Positions 9,875 through 22,147 of a DNA stretch of 64,000 nt are shown piece after piece. The stretch is taken from positions 64,001 to 128,000 of the forward strand of contig CAWDOY010000054.1 of NCBI GenBank assembly GCA_963803975.1, given 5' to 3'. Below the pieces are notes generated by a model, which did no database searches, was not told the DNA's origin, and worked only from the letters and a program-made list of their open reading frames with translations. How positions within the stretch are numbered: the stretch's first letter is position 1; each line of letters starts with the position of its first letter. A program made the position numbers and the translations under genes. Origin of the DNA: an uncultured delta proteobacterium (GTDB lineage Bacteria > Desulfobacterota > WTBG01 > CAIYCZ01).

Positions 9875-10141
9875 TTACTGAGCAGGTGGAGTAGGTTTTT
9901 GGAAAACGCCCCCTTTTTTTAACACCTGAGTTGCCGACTGTGTCGGTTGGGCCCCTTTTGCAATCCACGCTAATGCTTTATCTTTGTTTATCTTTGCCGT
10001 AGCCGGCGCGCTGCAGGGGTCATAGGTTCCCAGCATATCAATAAACCTTCCATCGCGAGGTGACGTATCCTTAGCCACAACTATTCTATAAAACGGTCTT
10101 TTTTTCTTGCCATATCTAGCGAGGCGAATTTTAACAGCCAT
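9875..10141 (-). CDS. rpsP: 30S ribosomal protein S16
   Basis: MAVKIRL, PFYRIVVA, PRDGRFI, GAQPT. Confidence 0.97.
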   Translation of the reverse strand: MAVKIRLARYGKKKRPFYRIVVAKDTSPRDGRFIDMLGTYDPCSAPATAKINKDKALAWIAKGAQPTQSATQVLKKGGVFQKPTPPAQ

Positions 10142-10259
10142 AGTTAGGTATCTATTGTCCTCCTTTCAATTAGATTTGTGCTATGCTTGTAAGTGGTTTA
10201 TCATGCAGTCTCATAGCACAATAACTGCATCTTTTTTAATTTAATGGGAAAATGTATAA

Positions 10260-10287
10260 TTTATATGTATTATATTTTTTTTGTCAA
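10260..10287 (-). promoter_or_regulatory. Candidate sigma70 promoter of the rpsP operon
   Basis: TTGACA-16 bp-TATAAA on the minus strand. Confidence 0.5.
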
Positions 10288-10454
10288 GGGAAATTATTTT
10301 ATAGTAACAGAAATTTAGCTGACAGGGAAGATAATAGGAAAAAATAAAATATAGCATATCCTCTCCGAGATGGCTTCGGCTAAGAGAGAAAAATATCCTT
10401 GCAATGCTAAAAACCCTATGATAATTTTTTTATTAAAATGTTTCTACACATTTT

Positions 10455-10910
10455 ATGCATAGTTACTCTGCAGCCGTTCACATAAAAACTACCAGCAATC
10501 TCGATATCATTAATATCAGCCCCCAGATAGAAGATCTTGTTGCCCGCCATGAGGTTCTCACGGGATTCCTGCTTCTTTTTATCGCCGGGTCAACAGCGGC
10601 ATTAACAACGATCGAATATGAACCGGGTGCGGTACATGACCTCAAGCAGGCTATCGAACGGATTGCACCGCAGGGTCTGCCCTATGAACATGACCGGCGC
10701 TGGGGGGATGGCAATGGGTATGCCCATGTCAGGGCAGCGCTGCTGGGCCCATCGCTCACCATACCGTTAAAGGAAGGACGGCTGCAGCTGGGCACCTGGC
10801 AGCAAATCGTGCTGTGCGATTTTGATAACCGGCCGCGCCTGCGTGAGGTTATCGTGCAGCTGCAGGGGTATGCAGAGCCGGTAACGCGTGCGTTCAGACA
10901 TGGTGAATAA
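10455..10910 (+). CDS. yjbQ: YjbQ/UPF0047 protein (secondary thiamine-phosphate synthase family)
   Basis: GSTAALTTIEYEPG, NGYAHVRA, LGTWQQIVLCDFD. Confidence 0.9.
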   Translation: MHSYSAAVHIKTTSNLDIINISPQIEDLVARHEVLTGFLLLFIAGSTAALTTIEYEPGAVHDLKQAIERIAPQGLPYEHDRRWGDGNGYAHVRAALLGPSLTIPLKEGRLQLGTWQQIVLCDFDNRPRLREVIVQLQGYAEPVTRAFRHGE

Positions 10911-11885
10911 ATTCAAGGCAAAAACTGATAAGCGTTATGGTAGCGACACCTTAACCTTTGATGATCCGGGGCTGGTCAGGCTGCTCTGCGGGGAGCATGA
11001 TACCTACCTGAAGCTCATAGACAGGGAGTTTGCTGTTTCCGTGTCAGTCAGGGGGCATGAGGTAACCATCGGGGGAGATACGGGAGCGGTCTGCCGCGGC
11101 AAAGCGCCTGCTGCAGAATCTTTACTTTATCCTGGAGTCCGATCACGCGCTGATCCTGGATGATGTCCAGCGCGCCATAACCATGATTAAGGACAATGAC
11201 GCGGCAAATCCCCGGGAGGTGCTGCTGGACACGATTCTTGTTTCCTCTAAGCGGCGCTCGATACACCCGAAAAGCTATTGCCCAGAAGCTTTATACGGAC
11301 GCCATACGAAACTATGATATGGTGATCGGTATCGGTCCTGCCGGGACGGGCAAGACCTATCTGGCCATGGCCATGGCGCTTGCCTCGTTCATGAAGAAAG
11401 AGGTCGACCGGATCATATTAACGCGGCCTGCTGTTGAAGCTGGGGAAAAGCTGGGGTTCCTTCCCGGGGATTTGTATGAAAAGGTGAACCCGTACCTGCG
11501 ACCCCTCTATGATGCGCTCCATGATATGATAGAGATGGACAAGGTGGTGGATTTTCTCCGCCAGGGGATCATTGAAGTTGCGCCGCTTGCGTTCATGCGC
11601 GGCAGAACCCTCAATGATTCATTTGTTATCCTGGATGAGGCGCAGAATACCACCTCCGAGCAGATGAAAATGTTTCTCACGCGCCTCGGATTTAACTCAA
11701 AAGCGGTCATCACCGGCGATGTTACCCAGACCGATCTGCCGGCGGGCAAGACTTCGGGACTTATTGAAGCACAGCGGGTACTGGCAGGCGTGCCGGGCAT
11801 TCGCTTTATCTATTTTACCGAAAAGGATGTGGTGCGCCATCCGCTGGTTCAGGAGATTGTCAAAGCCTACGAAGCGTATTCCTGA
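10900..11885 (+). CDS. phoH: PhoH-family ATPase (two frameshifts, near 11090 and 11270)
   Basis: [33 protein letters not shown]; the N-terminal part lies in other frames. Confidence 0.88.
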
Positions 11886-11888
11886 TGG

Positions 11889-14339
11889 ATGTATGCAATA
11901 AAATACTTTGCCGAAACTACTATGCTGAAACTGTTTACTTTCCGGCCTGACAAAAAAACAAAAATGAAAGATACCATGGAAAAAAGCACCGTGCTCAGGT
12001 ACTTAATAAACCCGTCCCTGCACCGGGTCATTATCGGGTTTCTGCTGAGCGCCGTGATTGCCCTGCTCATCCCGCCTCAGCTTTCCCTCCGCACCGATAC
12101 CTACCAGCTGGGTGATATCTCGCGTGATAATATCAGGGCTCCCCAGGATTTTTCAGCAGAGGATGTGCTGTCCACGGACAAGATAAAACAGGAAAAACAG
12201 GCTGCGGTCCTCTCGGTGTATGATTTTAACTCAAAGGCAGACGAGGATATCGACAAGAGAGTCACCACGGCATTTTCTGTGATGCGGGAAGCGGTGAAGC
12301 GCTTTAAGAAACATGAGCTGCTGCTCGATACAATGGAGACATGATTTTGAGAAAATTCTGCGCCTAAAGGTAACTGACAGCGATTTTGATCTGCTGCTGC
12401 GGCAGCGGTTCAGCAATAATCTTGAAGAGCACCTGCTGGACCTGGCACTGCCCTTTGGCCAGCGGGAGGTGGTTCTGTCAAAAGAACAGCTGCTGCGGGA
12501 ATGGGGCCGCAGAGTCACCCTGAAAGACATCCACACCAGAGAAGAGGTGGTGCTGGAGGATTACTCCCGCCTGCTTGATCTTAAGGATGTCCAGCTGCTC
12601 ATGCGGCAGGGAAGCGCGCAAAACACTGGAAAAGTTCCGGGAAGAGGAGCGCAGCGTCATCCTGGCGCTGGCGATAAAGCTGGTCGAGCCTAACTTTACC
12701 TTCAACAAAATTGAGACCGAGGCCCGGAAAGCTGCTGCGGTGCAGTCAGTAAGCCCGGTCTATGTCAAAGTGAAAAAGGGGGAGATAATTATCCGGGAAG
12801 GGGAGCGGATCAGCGAGACAGCGCTGGCAAAACTTGCGGGCCTGATGCAGGTAAACGGGTATCAGAGTGTCGCCTGGACGCTGGCCGGATATTTTTTGCT
12901 CACCTTTTCTTCCCTGTTTTTTATTTACCATTTCACCGTCAGTAATCTTGAAAACCCGCTCAATTTCCACCCGCGATTTTATTTTTCTGAGCACCACCCT
13001 GCTGCTTTTTATCCTGCTGCTCAAGCTCTCCATCATTACCGCCAGGGCATTCGATAGCGGCTCATCCTTCATCCCGCTGAATTCATTTTTTTATGCCATT
13101 CCCTTTGCCCTGGTGTCCATTGTGATCAGCGTGGTGCTGAATGCGCAGCTGGCAGCAATAGGGGCAATAGTCATCTCCATTCTTTCCGGCATTCTCATAG
13201 ACAACCAGATCACATTTTTTATCTATCCCTTCATCAGCTGCCTGCTGGCGGCCCAGGAAGTCACCCAGTGCCGGGAGCGCAAAACCCTTATCAAGGCAGG
13301 ACTCAAGGTCGGGCTCTTCAACAGCATCATTATCGTTGCCATTGCCATCCTCAGGGGCAATGTGCTTTCCCTTGAGACCGTTTTAAACATTGTGCTGGGT
13401 ATGATGGGCGGGGTGCTGGCAGGAATTCTTGCTACCGGCATTATTCCCATCATTGAGATTGTTTTCAACTACACGACCAATATTAAGCTGCTGGAGCTGG
13501 GCGACCTCAATCAGCCGGCGCTGCGGGACCTCATCATTTCCGCGCCGGGCACCTATCACCACAGCATTATTGTGGGGAGCCTGGTGGAGGCTGCTGCTGA
13601 AGTTATCCAGGCAAATCCACTGATGGCCAGGGTGAGCGCCTATTATCATGATATCGGCAAGATGAAAAAGCCGCTCTATTTCGTGGAGAATCAAAAGGGC
13701 GGCGAAAACAGGCATGACAAGCTTCTGCCCAGCATGAGCAGCCTCATCCTCATTTCCCATGTCAAGGACGGCGTTGAGATTGCAAAAAAGAACCGCCTCG
13801 GGAAAAGCATCCAGGATATTATCTGCCAGCACCACGGCACCAGCATCAACTACTTCTACCAGAAGGCAAAAGACTTGAATACCGCCGCCGGCCAGCCGGT
13901 CAGCGACAAGGACTTCCGCTATCCCGGCCCGAAACCGCAGACCAAGGAGGCGGGGCTGGTGATGCTTGCCGATGCTGTGGAAGCAGCATCGAAAACCCTG
14001 ACAGAGCCGACGCCGGCGCGCATCCAGGGCATGGTTAATCGCATCATCACCAATATTTTTACCGACGGGCAGCTTGATGAATGCGAGCTGACCCTGAAGG
14101 ATATCCATCTTATCGGCCAGAGTTTTATCAGAATTTTAAACGGCATTTTTCATGCACGTGTTGAATACCCGGAGAAACAGGAAAAGGAAGCAAATGGCAG
14201 CGCAAAAAACCAGGGTTCTGATCAAAAACCGGCAAAGCCGGACCGCGATCGACCCGCGCCGGATAAGGAAAATGGCGACCGCGATCCTGGACGCCTTGAA
14301 GTTGTCACATCCCGAGATAAGTATTCTGCTATTGGATGA
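11889..14339 (+). CDS. 7TM-HD membrane phosphohydrolase (PgpH-like c-di-AMP phosphodiesterase), three frameshifts
   Basis: Four overlapping ORFs give an extracellular domain (VKKGEIIIREGE), TM helices, APGTYHHS, YYHDIGK, FRYPGPKPQTKE; lies between phoH and ybeY. Confidence 0.85.
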
Positions 14340-14665
14340 CCGGCAGATACGAGGAGCTGAACCGCACCTACCTCAGCCGCGACTACCCGACTGATGTTTT
14401 GTCCTTCCCCATGGCCGAAGGGCCGTTTCCGGCTGTCCAGCCGCACATCCTGGGCGATGTCGTTATTTCCGTGGAAACTGCGCTGCGGCAGGCTGAAGCG
14501 CGGCAGGCGGGGCTGCATGAGGAGCTGGCCTTCCTGCTCATCCACGGCATACTGCATCTCACCGGCTATGACCACGAGCAGGGCGGCAGTGAACAGCGCC
14601 GGATGCGGCGGATGGAGCAAAAGCTGCTCAAAACGCTGCTGGCGGAAGGGCTGCTTTCCGCATAG
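14194..14665 (+). CDS. ybeY: rRNA maturation RNase YbeY (one frameshift near 14350)
   Basis: ISILLLDDRQI joined to ELNRTYL..PTDVLSF, LGDVVIS, HGILHLTGYDH. Confidence 0.9.
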
Positions 14666-14881
14666 CGGTACTGGACGAACGCACGCTGTTTTAGCTCTTG
14701 CCCGGGAGTGCTGCTCGTGATACTACATACTACCCGATTCTTAACAACAGCGTTCAGTGTGAATAAAAGAGTACCGGAGGCAGGGAGTTGTGGAGCTGTA
14801 AACCTTCTGCACTCCTGTACCCTGCAGCCCTGAAACGCAGGGGCTCTGTGGTTAATTTATTTTCAGAAAGGTGGAGCTGAT

Positions 14882-15667
14882 ATGAAACTTGATGAACAGG
14901 TAATTACCCGGGCGATTATTGAACGGTTCAGCAAAAAATTACTCGATAATCTGAGCCTGGATGTAGCCGTGGTCGGCGGCGGCCCCGCGGGTTTAGTTGC
15001 AGCCTATTATCTTGCCAGGGGAGGCTGCAAGGTTGCCCTCTTTGAGAGAAAGCTGAGCATCGGCGGCGGCATGTGGGGCGGCGGCATGATGTTTAATGAA
15101 ATCGTGGTGCAGGAAGAAGGAAAAAGAATTCTTGATATGTTTAAAATCGGCTGCAGGAAGTATAAGACGGGCTACTACACCGCTGATTCAGTAGAAACGG
15201 TAAGCACCCTCTGCTCTTGTGCCGCAAAGGCCGGGGTCACGATTTTCAATCTCATGAGCGTTGAAGATGTTATGGTGCGGGACAACCGGGTCACCGGGGT
15301 GGTCATCAACTGGACGGCGGTGGAGATGGCCAGCCTGCACGTTGACCCGCTCTGCGTGCGCTCAAAGTTTGTCATTGATGCAACCGGACACCCGATCGAA
15401 GTCATCAAGGTCATCGAGCGAAAAGTTGATGCAGAGCTTCTTACGCCTTCAGGAAAAGTTGAGGGAGAAAAGTCCATGTGGGCGGATGTGGCAGAGCGGA
15501 CCACGCTTGAAAATACCCGCGAGGCATTTCCCGGCGTGTATGTGGCCGGCATGTCAGCCAACGCCACCTTCGGCAACTTCCGCATGGGGCCTATTTTTGG
15601 CGGTATGCTCCTTTCCGGAGAAAAGGCAGCCAAGCTCATCATACAGCGGCTCAAGGAAAAACAGTAA
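14882..15667 (+). CDS. thi4: Sulfide-dependent (non-Cys) thiazole synthase Thi4
   Basis: [38 protein letters not shown]. Confidence 0.92.
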   Translation: MKLDEQVITRAIIERFSKKLLDNLSLDVAVVGGGPAGLVAAYYLARGGCKVALFERKLSIGGGMWGGGMMFNEIVVQEEGKRILDMFKIGCRKYKTGYYTADSVETVSTLCSCAAKAGVTIFNLMSVEDVMVRDNRVTGVVINWTAVEMASLHVDPLCVRSKFVIDATGHPIEVIKVIERKVDAELLTPSGKVEGEKSMWADVAERTTLENTREAFPGVYVAGMSANATFGNFRMGPIFGGMLLSGEKAAKLIIQRLKEKQ

Positions 15668-15765
15668 CTCTAAAAAAAACACGAACAAGCTTGCCGGGCA
15701 TTGGCAGCTTGATGGCTCTGTCAACAGGCGGCAAGCCCCGTCATTGAAACGGAGCACTGCAAATT

Positions 15766-15812
15766 AAAAAGGGCCGTGTGGTGTAGTCAGCTCACCGCAC
15801 AGCCCTTTTTTA
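15766..15812. terminator. Bidirectional intrinsic terminator
   Basis: aaaaagggccgtgtggtg...caccgcacagccctttttt between convergent genes. Confidence 0.75.
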
Positions 15813-15830
15813 CTATCAAACAACAGGCAG

Positions 15831-17595
15831 CTATTGAACTTTTATGTTCAGACCGTCAAGCAGATAGCCATCCTTCAGACCCATGAGCACAAGCTCAATG
15901 TCCATCTGCAGTTTAAGGCTGCCGCTGTCTTTGATCTCTTCAAGATAGTCAAGCATGCCGGCAAGCGCCTTAGATGAGAGCGTTGCAGGCCTGCCCTGTA
16001 CCAGAGCCTCCACCACACCTATGTTATCGTTCACCAGCTCCTTGAGCCGTGCTCTCAAAGCGGGCTTCTCGTCCAGCAGGGCGCTGATCTCAGCGGTATC
16101 CTGGTAATAAAGCGAGGTCAGCAACATTACCGGCAGATCATCAAGGCTTGCATCCCGCGCTGCCCGCAGCGTCTCAATCTGGCTGCGGCTGTCAACTGAC
16201 GCAATGATTGCACAGCGTGATTTCACGGTGATATAGTTTTCACGCATCTTTTGTGCGGTTTTACTATTATTGTCACCACCGGTGACGGTCAGGATGACAC
16301 TATAGGTTCCGCGTTTCTGATACACATGGCTGGGATTCTTCTCAATACTTACACCGCCATCGCCGAAGTTCCATGAATAGGAGGTGATGTCCCCGCCGCT
16401 CAGATTAGTGAACTGTACCTGCATCCCAACCCTTCCCGCAAGAGGACTGCCGATAAAGTCAGCACCAACCTCACCGGGAGGGACAATTGAGGTCGTAACA
16501 GTGCCGGGGATGGTTGTTGTGGTGCCGCCCGGTATGGTGGTCGTTGTGTTGCCACCCGGGATCGTGGTGGTTGTGCCACCGGGAGTTGTTGTGGTTGTAT
16601 TGCCACTTACCGTGGTTGTGGTGGTAATCGGATCAGGAGTGTATTTCAGAATCATGCCATCGGTGCCAACAGCATAAGCGACAGAGCCGTCAGGGCTTGT
16701 CCAGACGCCAAAAAGGTCGCTTGTGGTGTTGAAGTTTTCCGCGACAAAACCTGCTCCCCTATTGTGCACGATTGTTCCCTGCACGCCTACGGCAAAGATG
16801 TTGGATGCGGAGCTGCCGAAGACTGAATAGAGCTTCTGGGTTGTGCCGCTTGAAACGCCAAGCCAGCTTGTGCCGTTAGACTGTAGTATTAAGCCTGTTG
16901 AACCGGCAACATAAATATCTGAAGCTGTATTTCCCCATATGGAATAGAGTGCAATATTCTCATCACCACCATACTGTTGTTCCCATTTTTCGCCATCATA
17001 GTGAAAAAGTCTTCCATAACTGCCGGCCGCTGTTGTGCAATATAAATTGGTCGAGCTGAAAGCCCAGATGCCGGCAATTTTTGATGAACCGGTGGGCGGT
17101 TCAGGATCATACGCAGTCCACCCGGTGCCGTCAAAACGTATAAACCAGCCATTAATTGATCCGAGAAACACATTTGCAGCGGACGAGCCACGGACGGAGT
17201 ATAGATCTGTATCGTTAAAATCATTCTGGTCCTTATAATCCACCAGGGGTTCTGCCCCCCACGTGGTGCCGGCAGCTGTTTTGTGAAGCAGCGTCCCGTT
17301 TTCGCCAACAGCATAAATATTTGTTTCAGAAAGTCCCCAGACAGCATTAAGTTTTTCGGTTGTCCCGGAAGTTTCAGCTGTCCAGGCGGTCCCATCATAA
17401 TGCAGTATTGCCCCGTCCTGACCAACAGCATAGATGTTTGAAGGCGATGTGCCCCAGATGCCGTATAAAGTCTTTGTGGAATTTGCCGGCGTTACATCTG
17501 GTCCAGCCTGCTTGAGCAGCCTGCGCCGAGACCAGAAGCGCTATCATCGCTATCATGACCAGAACTGATTTTTTTGCCCTTCTCCGCTTATCCAT
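15831..17595 (-). CDS. Secreted repeat protein: propeller-like repeats, Thr/Gly linker, PKD domain, CFI-box-CTERM-like tail (frameshifts near 17495 and 17250)
   Basis: Signal peptide ending AQA; repeated LxxIWGxSxxNIYAVG; PGGTTTTI repeats; YSWNFGDG...NPSHVY; C...LRAARD...LYY. Confidence 0.75.
16490..16628 (-). repeat. Coding tandem repeat PGG(N)TTTTI
   Basis: About five degenerate units in the translation. Confidence 0.85.
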
Positions 17596-17712
17596 TTCCT
17601 TCTCCTTCCATTAAATTAAATGTTTTTACCTTTTGTGTGGAACAATACAGAAAACTACACATGGTGTCAACCTGATAGTAGGGTGAAATACATAACGTCG
17701 TGGGAAAAAGAT

Positions 17713-17760
17713 AAAACAAGGCAGGCTTTTTATTGCGTTAATAAATAAGCCTGCCTTTTG
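17713..17760. terminator. Terminator hairpin after ferritin
   Basis: aaggcaggctt...aagcctgcctt. Confidence 0.7.
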
Positions 17761-17789
17761 GGGATGCTGTTACTATAATTTAATAGATA

Positions 17790-18326
17790 CTATGCTGCCT
17801 GCGTATACGCTGCAGGGTCAAGAGGTGAGCCCGGGGTGAAAACTCTTGTCCCAAGCTCGCGGTCAACCATCAAGAGGCCCTCTTTGCTGTTGCCAATCAT
17901 CTCAAGCTCTTTAACTACCTTGTCAGTGTTCTTCTCTTCCTCGATCTGCTCGTTGGCAAACCAGTGGAGCAGGGGCTCAGAATTGTAGTCGTTTTCTTCG
18001 CGGGATATTTTTATGAGCTCATTTATTTTCCCGGTTATGAACTGCTCATGCCCGTAGGCATCCTTCCACGCCTCAAGCGGTGACTTCCACGTGGTTTTAA
18101 GCTGTTTCAGGTCCAGAAGCTTGACGCTGCCGCCGCGGTCAATGATGTGGTCGAAAAACTTCATGGCATGAATCATTTCCTCGTGGGCCTGGCAGCGCAT
18201 CCAGTGGGCCATGCCGTCCAGGTTCTGTTCATGGAAATAGGCTACCATGGAAAGATATATATAGTATGATTCAAGCTCATGCTTGATCTGCATGTTCATT
18301 GCCTCGCACATTCGTTTGGCGATCAT
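17790..18326 (-). CDS. ftnA: Non-heme ferritin
   Basis: ELESYYIYLSM, QAHEEMIHAMKFF, WFANEQIEEE. Confidence 0.92.
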   Translation of the reverse strand: MIAKRMCEAMNMQIKHELESYYIYLSMVAYFHEQNLDGMAHWMRCQAHEEMIHAMKFFDHIIDRGGSVKLLDLKQLKTTWKSPLEAWKDAYGHEQFITGKINELIKISREENDYNSEPLLHWFANEQIEEEKNTDKVVKELEMIGNSKEGLLMVDRELGTRVFTPGSPLDPAAYTQAA

Positions 18327-18386
18327 GTTCAGCCCTCCTTGATACGTTGAAGTTTAGTATTGTAGAATTAATATAAACTATAGCAT

Positions 18387-20028
18387 TTATTTCTTCTGCT
18401 GGCGAATTTCTTCTTTAATGCGCTGAATATGGCCGCGGCCAAGCGCTTTCACCTCGCAGCCAAGCTCAAAATACCGGCGGATCTGCTCATCGGTGAGAAT
18501 CCCGAAACAGTCAATGACTGCCACGGGAGCCCCTGCCCACGCTACTCACCTCATCAGGGTTAAGCTTCAGGTACGGCGCGTGCCGCACGGCAAGCACCAG
18601 CGCCTCCATGCCCTTCATGGCAGCCGGCAGATCCTTCTGCACCCGGAGGTTCACCAGCTCCTGCTGGTTGCGGAAAAACCTGCCCCAGGACTGTCCCGGC
18701 GCCGGGTAGGTATCCTGGGTTTCCAGCTCATACCAGTGGTCCACGTAGGGGTCGTGAACGTTGAGCTCCGCGCCCATCTCGGTCAACTTGCGCACCACCA
18801 GCTCCGAGCCGCTGTAGCGCGTGTCGCCCACATCTTCCCGGTAGCTTGCGCCGCACAGCAGCACGCGGGCTCCGGCGATGTATTTCCCCATGTTGCGCAG
18901 GGCATCGCGCGTCAGCTCCGCCACATGCAGGGCGCGCGTGTCGTTGACATCAATGGCGGTGGTGGTAATTTTAAAAATATCATCCTCAAACCCCAGGATA
19001 TGCTTATAGGCCCAGTAGCCAAGCCCCCCGTCCTTGGGCAGGCAATAGCCGCCGATGCCGGGGCCGGGGAAGATGATATTACTGTGGGTGGGGCGCACCT
19101 TGATGGCTTTGATTACCTTGGTCAGGTCAACGCCGTTGCGCTCGGCGAACAGGCTCCATTCATTAAGGAACGCAAGGATTGTGGCGCGGTAGGAGTTTTC
19201 CACAATCTTGGTGGTCTCCGATTCTATGGGGCGGTCCATAACGGTCAGGGGAAAATCTTTAGTATTCAGAACCTCCTCAAGAAATTTTACCACCCGTTTG
19301 CGGGCTGTCTCATTGCACCCGGAGCAGACCCTCCAGAAATCGCGGATGGAGCGCACGTATTCTTTCCCCGGCATCACGCGCTCAAAGCTGTGGGCAAGCA
19401 GGGGCTCTGACTGAATGCCGCGGCTGCGGAAGGCTTTCTGCATGATGGGATAGGCAACAAATTCCGTGGTGCCCGGCGCGACCGTGGTCTCAATGAGAAC
19501 CAGGCACTCCGCAGACACCCGCTCGCCGATGGTCTTCATGGTGGCTTCCAGCGCGCCCATCTCTGCCTCGCCGGTGCGCAGGTTGCCGAGATCGCACTTG
19601 GTGTAGTCGCACTGCACATCCACCACCACGCAGTCAGCCAGCTTCAGGCAGTCGCTGTTGTAGGTGGCGATAAGGGTCTTCTTCTCTTGCACGCAGCGCG
19701 CTATCATCGGGTCCACTTCCGGGTCTTCAGCTTTAACCGGTGATTCCCCGCGGTTCAGCAGCGGTATCTTCCAGTAGCTGCGGGTGCTCGGCCGCTGGCA
19801 GCCGATGACAAACTTGGAGGGCTTGCCGGTCTTTTTATCCGTGGTGTCAGCTATGATGGCGGCCATCACCGCGCCGACAAAACCCACGCCCATCACCACG
19901 ACAATCTCTTTTCCTTCGCTGCGGGCCTGCTTCACCAGGCTTTCAATGCGCGCGTACTCTGCTGCATACTCTTCTTTTTGCGGAAGGGGGAACTTTTCAC
20001 CGCTGGGGCTGTCTGAATACTGTGCCAT
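18387..20028 (-). CDS. Nucleotide-sugar (UDP-GlcNAc/ManNAc/GDP-Man type) dehydrogenase, frameshift near 18545
   Basis: GVGFVG, ETTVAPGTTE, GPGIGGYCLPKD; C-terminus VIDCFGIL...KALGRGHIQRIK lies in a shifted frame ending at 18387. Confidence 0.88.
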
Positions 20029-20091
20029 ATGTGTTCTCCTGTTAAATTTTAATAATATTTGCTGTCTGCTGACAGATTTCAAGCTTCACTG

Positions 20092-20120
20092 GTTATAGAC
20101 AAGGGGTTGTTAGGTGTCAA
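20092..20120 (-). promoter_or_regulatory. Sigma70 promoter of the NDP-sugar dehydrogenase
   Basis: TTGACA-17 bp-TATAAC. Confidence 0.7.
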
Positions 20121-20136
20121 TGAAAATAAGAAATAT

Positions 20137-20165
20137 TTGACAGTATATACCGGCAAAACTATACT
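20137..20165 (+). promoter_or_regulatory. Sigma70 promoter of sdhA
   Basis: TTGACA-17 bp-TATACT, back-to-back with the divergent promoter. Confidence 0.7.
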
Positions 20166-20216
20166 TGGGTTAGCATTTATCATTTATATGTACACGTAAG
20201 TATCGGGAGAACATGC

Positions 20217-21944
20217 ATGCAACTTTATCACGATGTTATTATTGTCGGCGCCGGGCTTGCAGGCCTGCGGGCGGCAGTCGAACTTGCCGGGTCGGCTGAT
20301 ATCGCCGTGGTCAGCAAGGTCTTTCCCACCCGCTCCCATTCCGGCGCTGCCCAGGGCGGCATTGCCGCAGCACTGGGCAACGAGGGAGAGGACAGCTGGG
20401 AATGGCACATGTATGACACGGTGAAGGGCAGTGATTTCATCGGCGACCAGGACGCGATCGAGCTCATGACCCGGGATGCGCCGCGGGCAATTATTGAGCT
20501 TGAGCACATGGGCGTGCCGTTCAGCCGCACCAATGACGGCAGAATTGCCCAGCGGGCATTCGGCGGCCATACCCGTGATTTTGGAAAGGCGCCGGTGAAA
20601 CGGGCCTGCTATGCATCGGACCGGACCGGCAGAGTGGTGCTCGATACGCTCTATGAGCAGTGCGTAAAGAAAGGCGTGCGCTTCTATTCAGAGTTTGTGC
20701 TCATCGACCTGTCATTCACCGACGATCAGGCCGGCGGAGCAATTCTGCTTGAATGGGCAACCGGTGAAATTCATGAGGTGCATGCACGGGCCATTCTGCT
20801 CGCAACCGGCGGGTTCGGGAAAGTCTATAAGACCACCTCCAACTGCTTTACCAACACCGGCGACGCGGTATCCATTGCCTTCCGGCACGGGGTGCCGCTT
20901 CAGGACATGGAGTTTGTGCAGTTTCACCCCACCGGCATCCGCGGGCTTGGCATCCTTATCAGCGAGGCAGCGCGGGGTGAAGGAGGCTTTCTGCTCAACC
21001 GCCTGGGTGAGCGCTTCATGGAGCGCTATGCGCCGGCAATAAAAGATCTTGCGCCCCGCGATATCGTATCCCGGGCAATACTGCGCGAGATTCAGAGCGG
21101 CAGGGGCATTGACGGCCAGGACTATGTGCATCTTGATATCACCCATCTCGGGCCGGAGGTCATTAATGAAAAACTGTGGGAGATAGCATCATTTGCCCGT
21201 CTCTACACCGGCGTTGAGCCGATTCAGGAGCCGATCCCGGTTCAGCCGACCTGCCACTACATGATGGGCGGCATTCCCACTGACGGTGATGGCCGGGTCC
21301 TAAAAGATAGCGCCGGCACCCCGCTTGCCGGGCTGTTTGCCGCAGGCGAGTGCGCCTGCGTTTCCGTGCACGGCGCCAACCGGCTCGGGTGCAACTCTCT
21401 TCTTGACCTGGTGGTCTTCGGCGCGCGCGCGGGCAGGGCGATAAAAGAATGGCTGGCACAGGCCGGCGCCGTCAGGAGCGGCGGAACAGCGTGCGCTGAT
21501 GCCAACAGGCAGATGCTTTCGCGCCTGCTGTCAGCAGCAGGGAAAGAAAAGATCCCCCGCATCAGGCAGGAACTGCAGGAACTCATGATGGAGCAGTGCT
21601 CGGTATTCAGGGATGAAAAGGGGCTGGCACCGGCGCGGCAGAAGATACAGGAGCTGACGCAGCGCTTCAGCTCCATCGGGCTTTCGGTCCGGGACCCGCG
21701 CTACAACATGGAACTCGTGGAGGCGCTGGAATGCGAGCACCTCCTGCGCCTTGCCGCAATCACCCTGGAGAGCGCCCTGTTCCGCAGGGAGAGCCGTGGC
21801 GCCCATTTCCGCGAGGATTACCCCGAGCGCGATGACCAGAATTTTCTCTGCCATACGCTGGTCTTTAAAGAAAAAGAGGGCATGCGGATTGAAAAAAAGC
21901 CGGTGCGCATCACCCGCTTTGAGCCGGTCGCAAGAACCTATTAA
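20217..21944 (+). CDS. sdhA: Succinate dehydrogenase/fumarate reductase flavoprotein
   Basis: [47 protein letters not shown]. Confidence 0.95.
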   Translation: MQLYHDVIIVGAGLAGLRAAVELAGSADIAVVSKVFPTRSHSGAAQGGIAAALGNEGEDSWEWHMYDTVKGSDFIGDQDAIELMTRDAPRAIIELEHMGVPFSRTNDGRIAQRAFGGHTRDFGKAPVKRACYASDRTGRVVLDTLYEQCVKKGVRFYSEFVLIDLSFTDDQAGGAILLEWATGEIHEVHARAILLATGGFGKVYKTTSNCFTNTGDAVSIAFRHGVPLQDMEFVQFHPTGIRGLGILISEAARGEGGFLLNRLGERFMERYAPAIKDLAPRDIVSRAILREIQSGRGIDGQDYVHLDITHLGPEVINEKLWEIASFARLYTGVEPIQEPIPVQPTCHYMMGGIPTDGDGRVLKDSAGTPLAGLFAAGECACVSVHGANRLGCNSLLDLVVFGARAGRAIKEWLAQAGAVRSGGTACADANRQMLSRLLSAAGKEKIPRIRQELQELMMEQCSVFRDEKGLAPARQKIQELTQRFSSIGLSVRDPRYNMELVEALECEHLLRLAAITLESALFRRESRGAHFREDYPERDDQNFLCHTLVFKEKEGMRIEKKPVRITRFEPVARTY

Positions 21945-22134
21945 CAGGCTGTTGAAAAGCACCCATCTGCTCCCGTTACGCTACCCCTTATGTCCCCCCT
22001 TGGTAAGGGGGGAGGAAGGGGGGTGTCATTGCGACGTACGGGAATGTACGACTCATTCCTGGAGGATTTCGCGTGCCTTGCATCTGGATGTTTTTGACCA
22101 GCCTGGGAAAAACAGCTTTTTCAACAATCTATTA
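21942..22134. mobile_element. MITE family A, copy 1 (with inserted palindrome)
   Basis: Ends aggctgttgaaaa / tttttcaacaatct; colinear with the reverse complement of 26690-26847. Confidence 0.8.
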
Positions 22135-22147
22135 GGAGAGGTAGCCA

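Noticed and set aside
14740..14880. TPP riboswitch upstream of thi4
   Set aside because: No CUGAGA or CCUGAU core motifs; the hairpin matches the 8-mer repeat type
22053..22147. Small ORFs over MITE A (also 26672-26884)
   Set aside because: Translations of the repeat element
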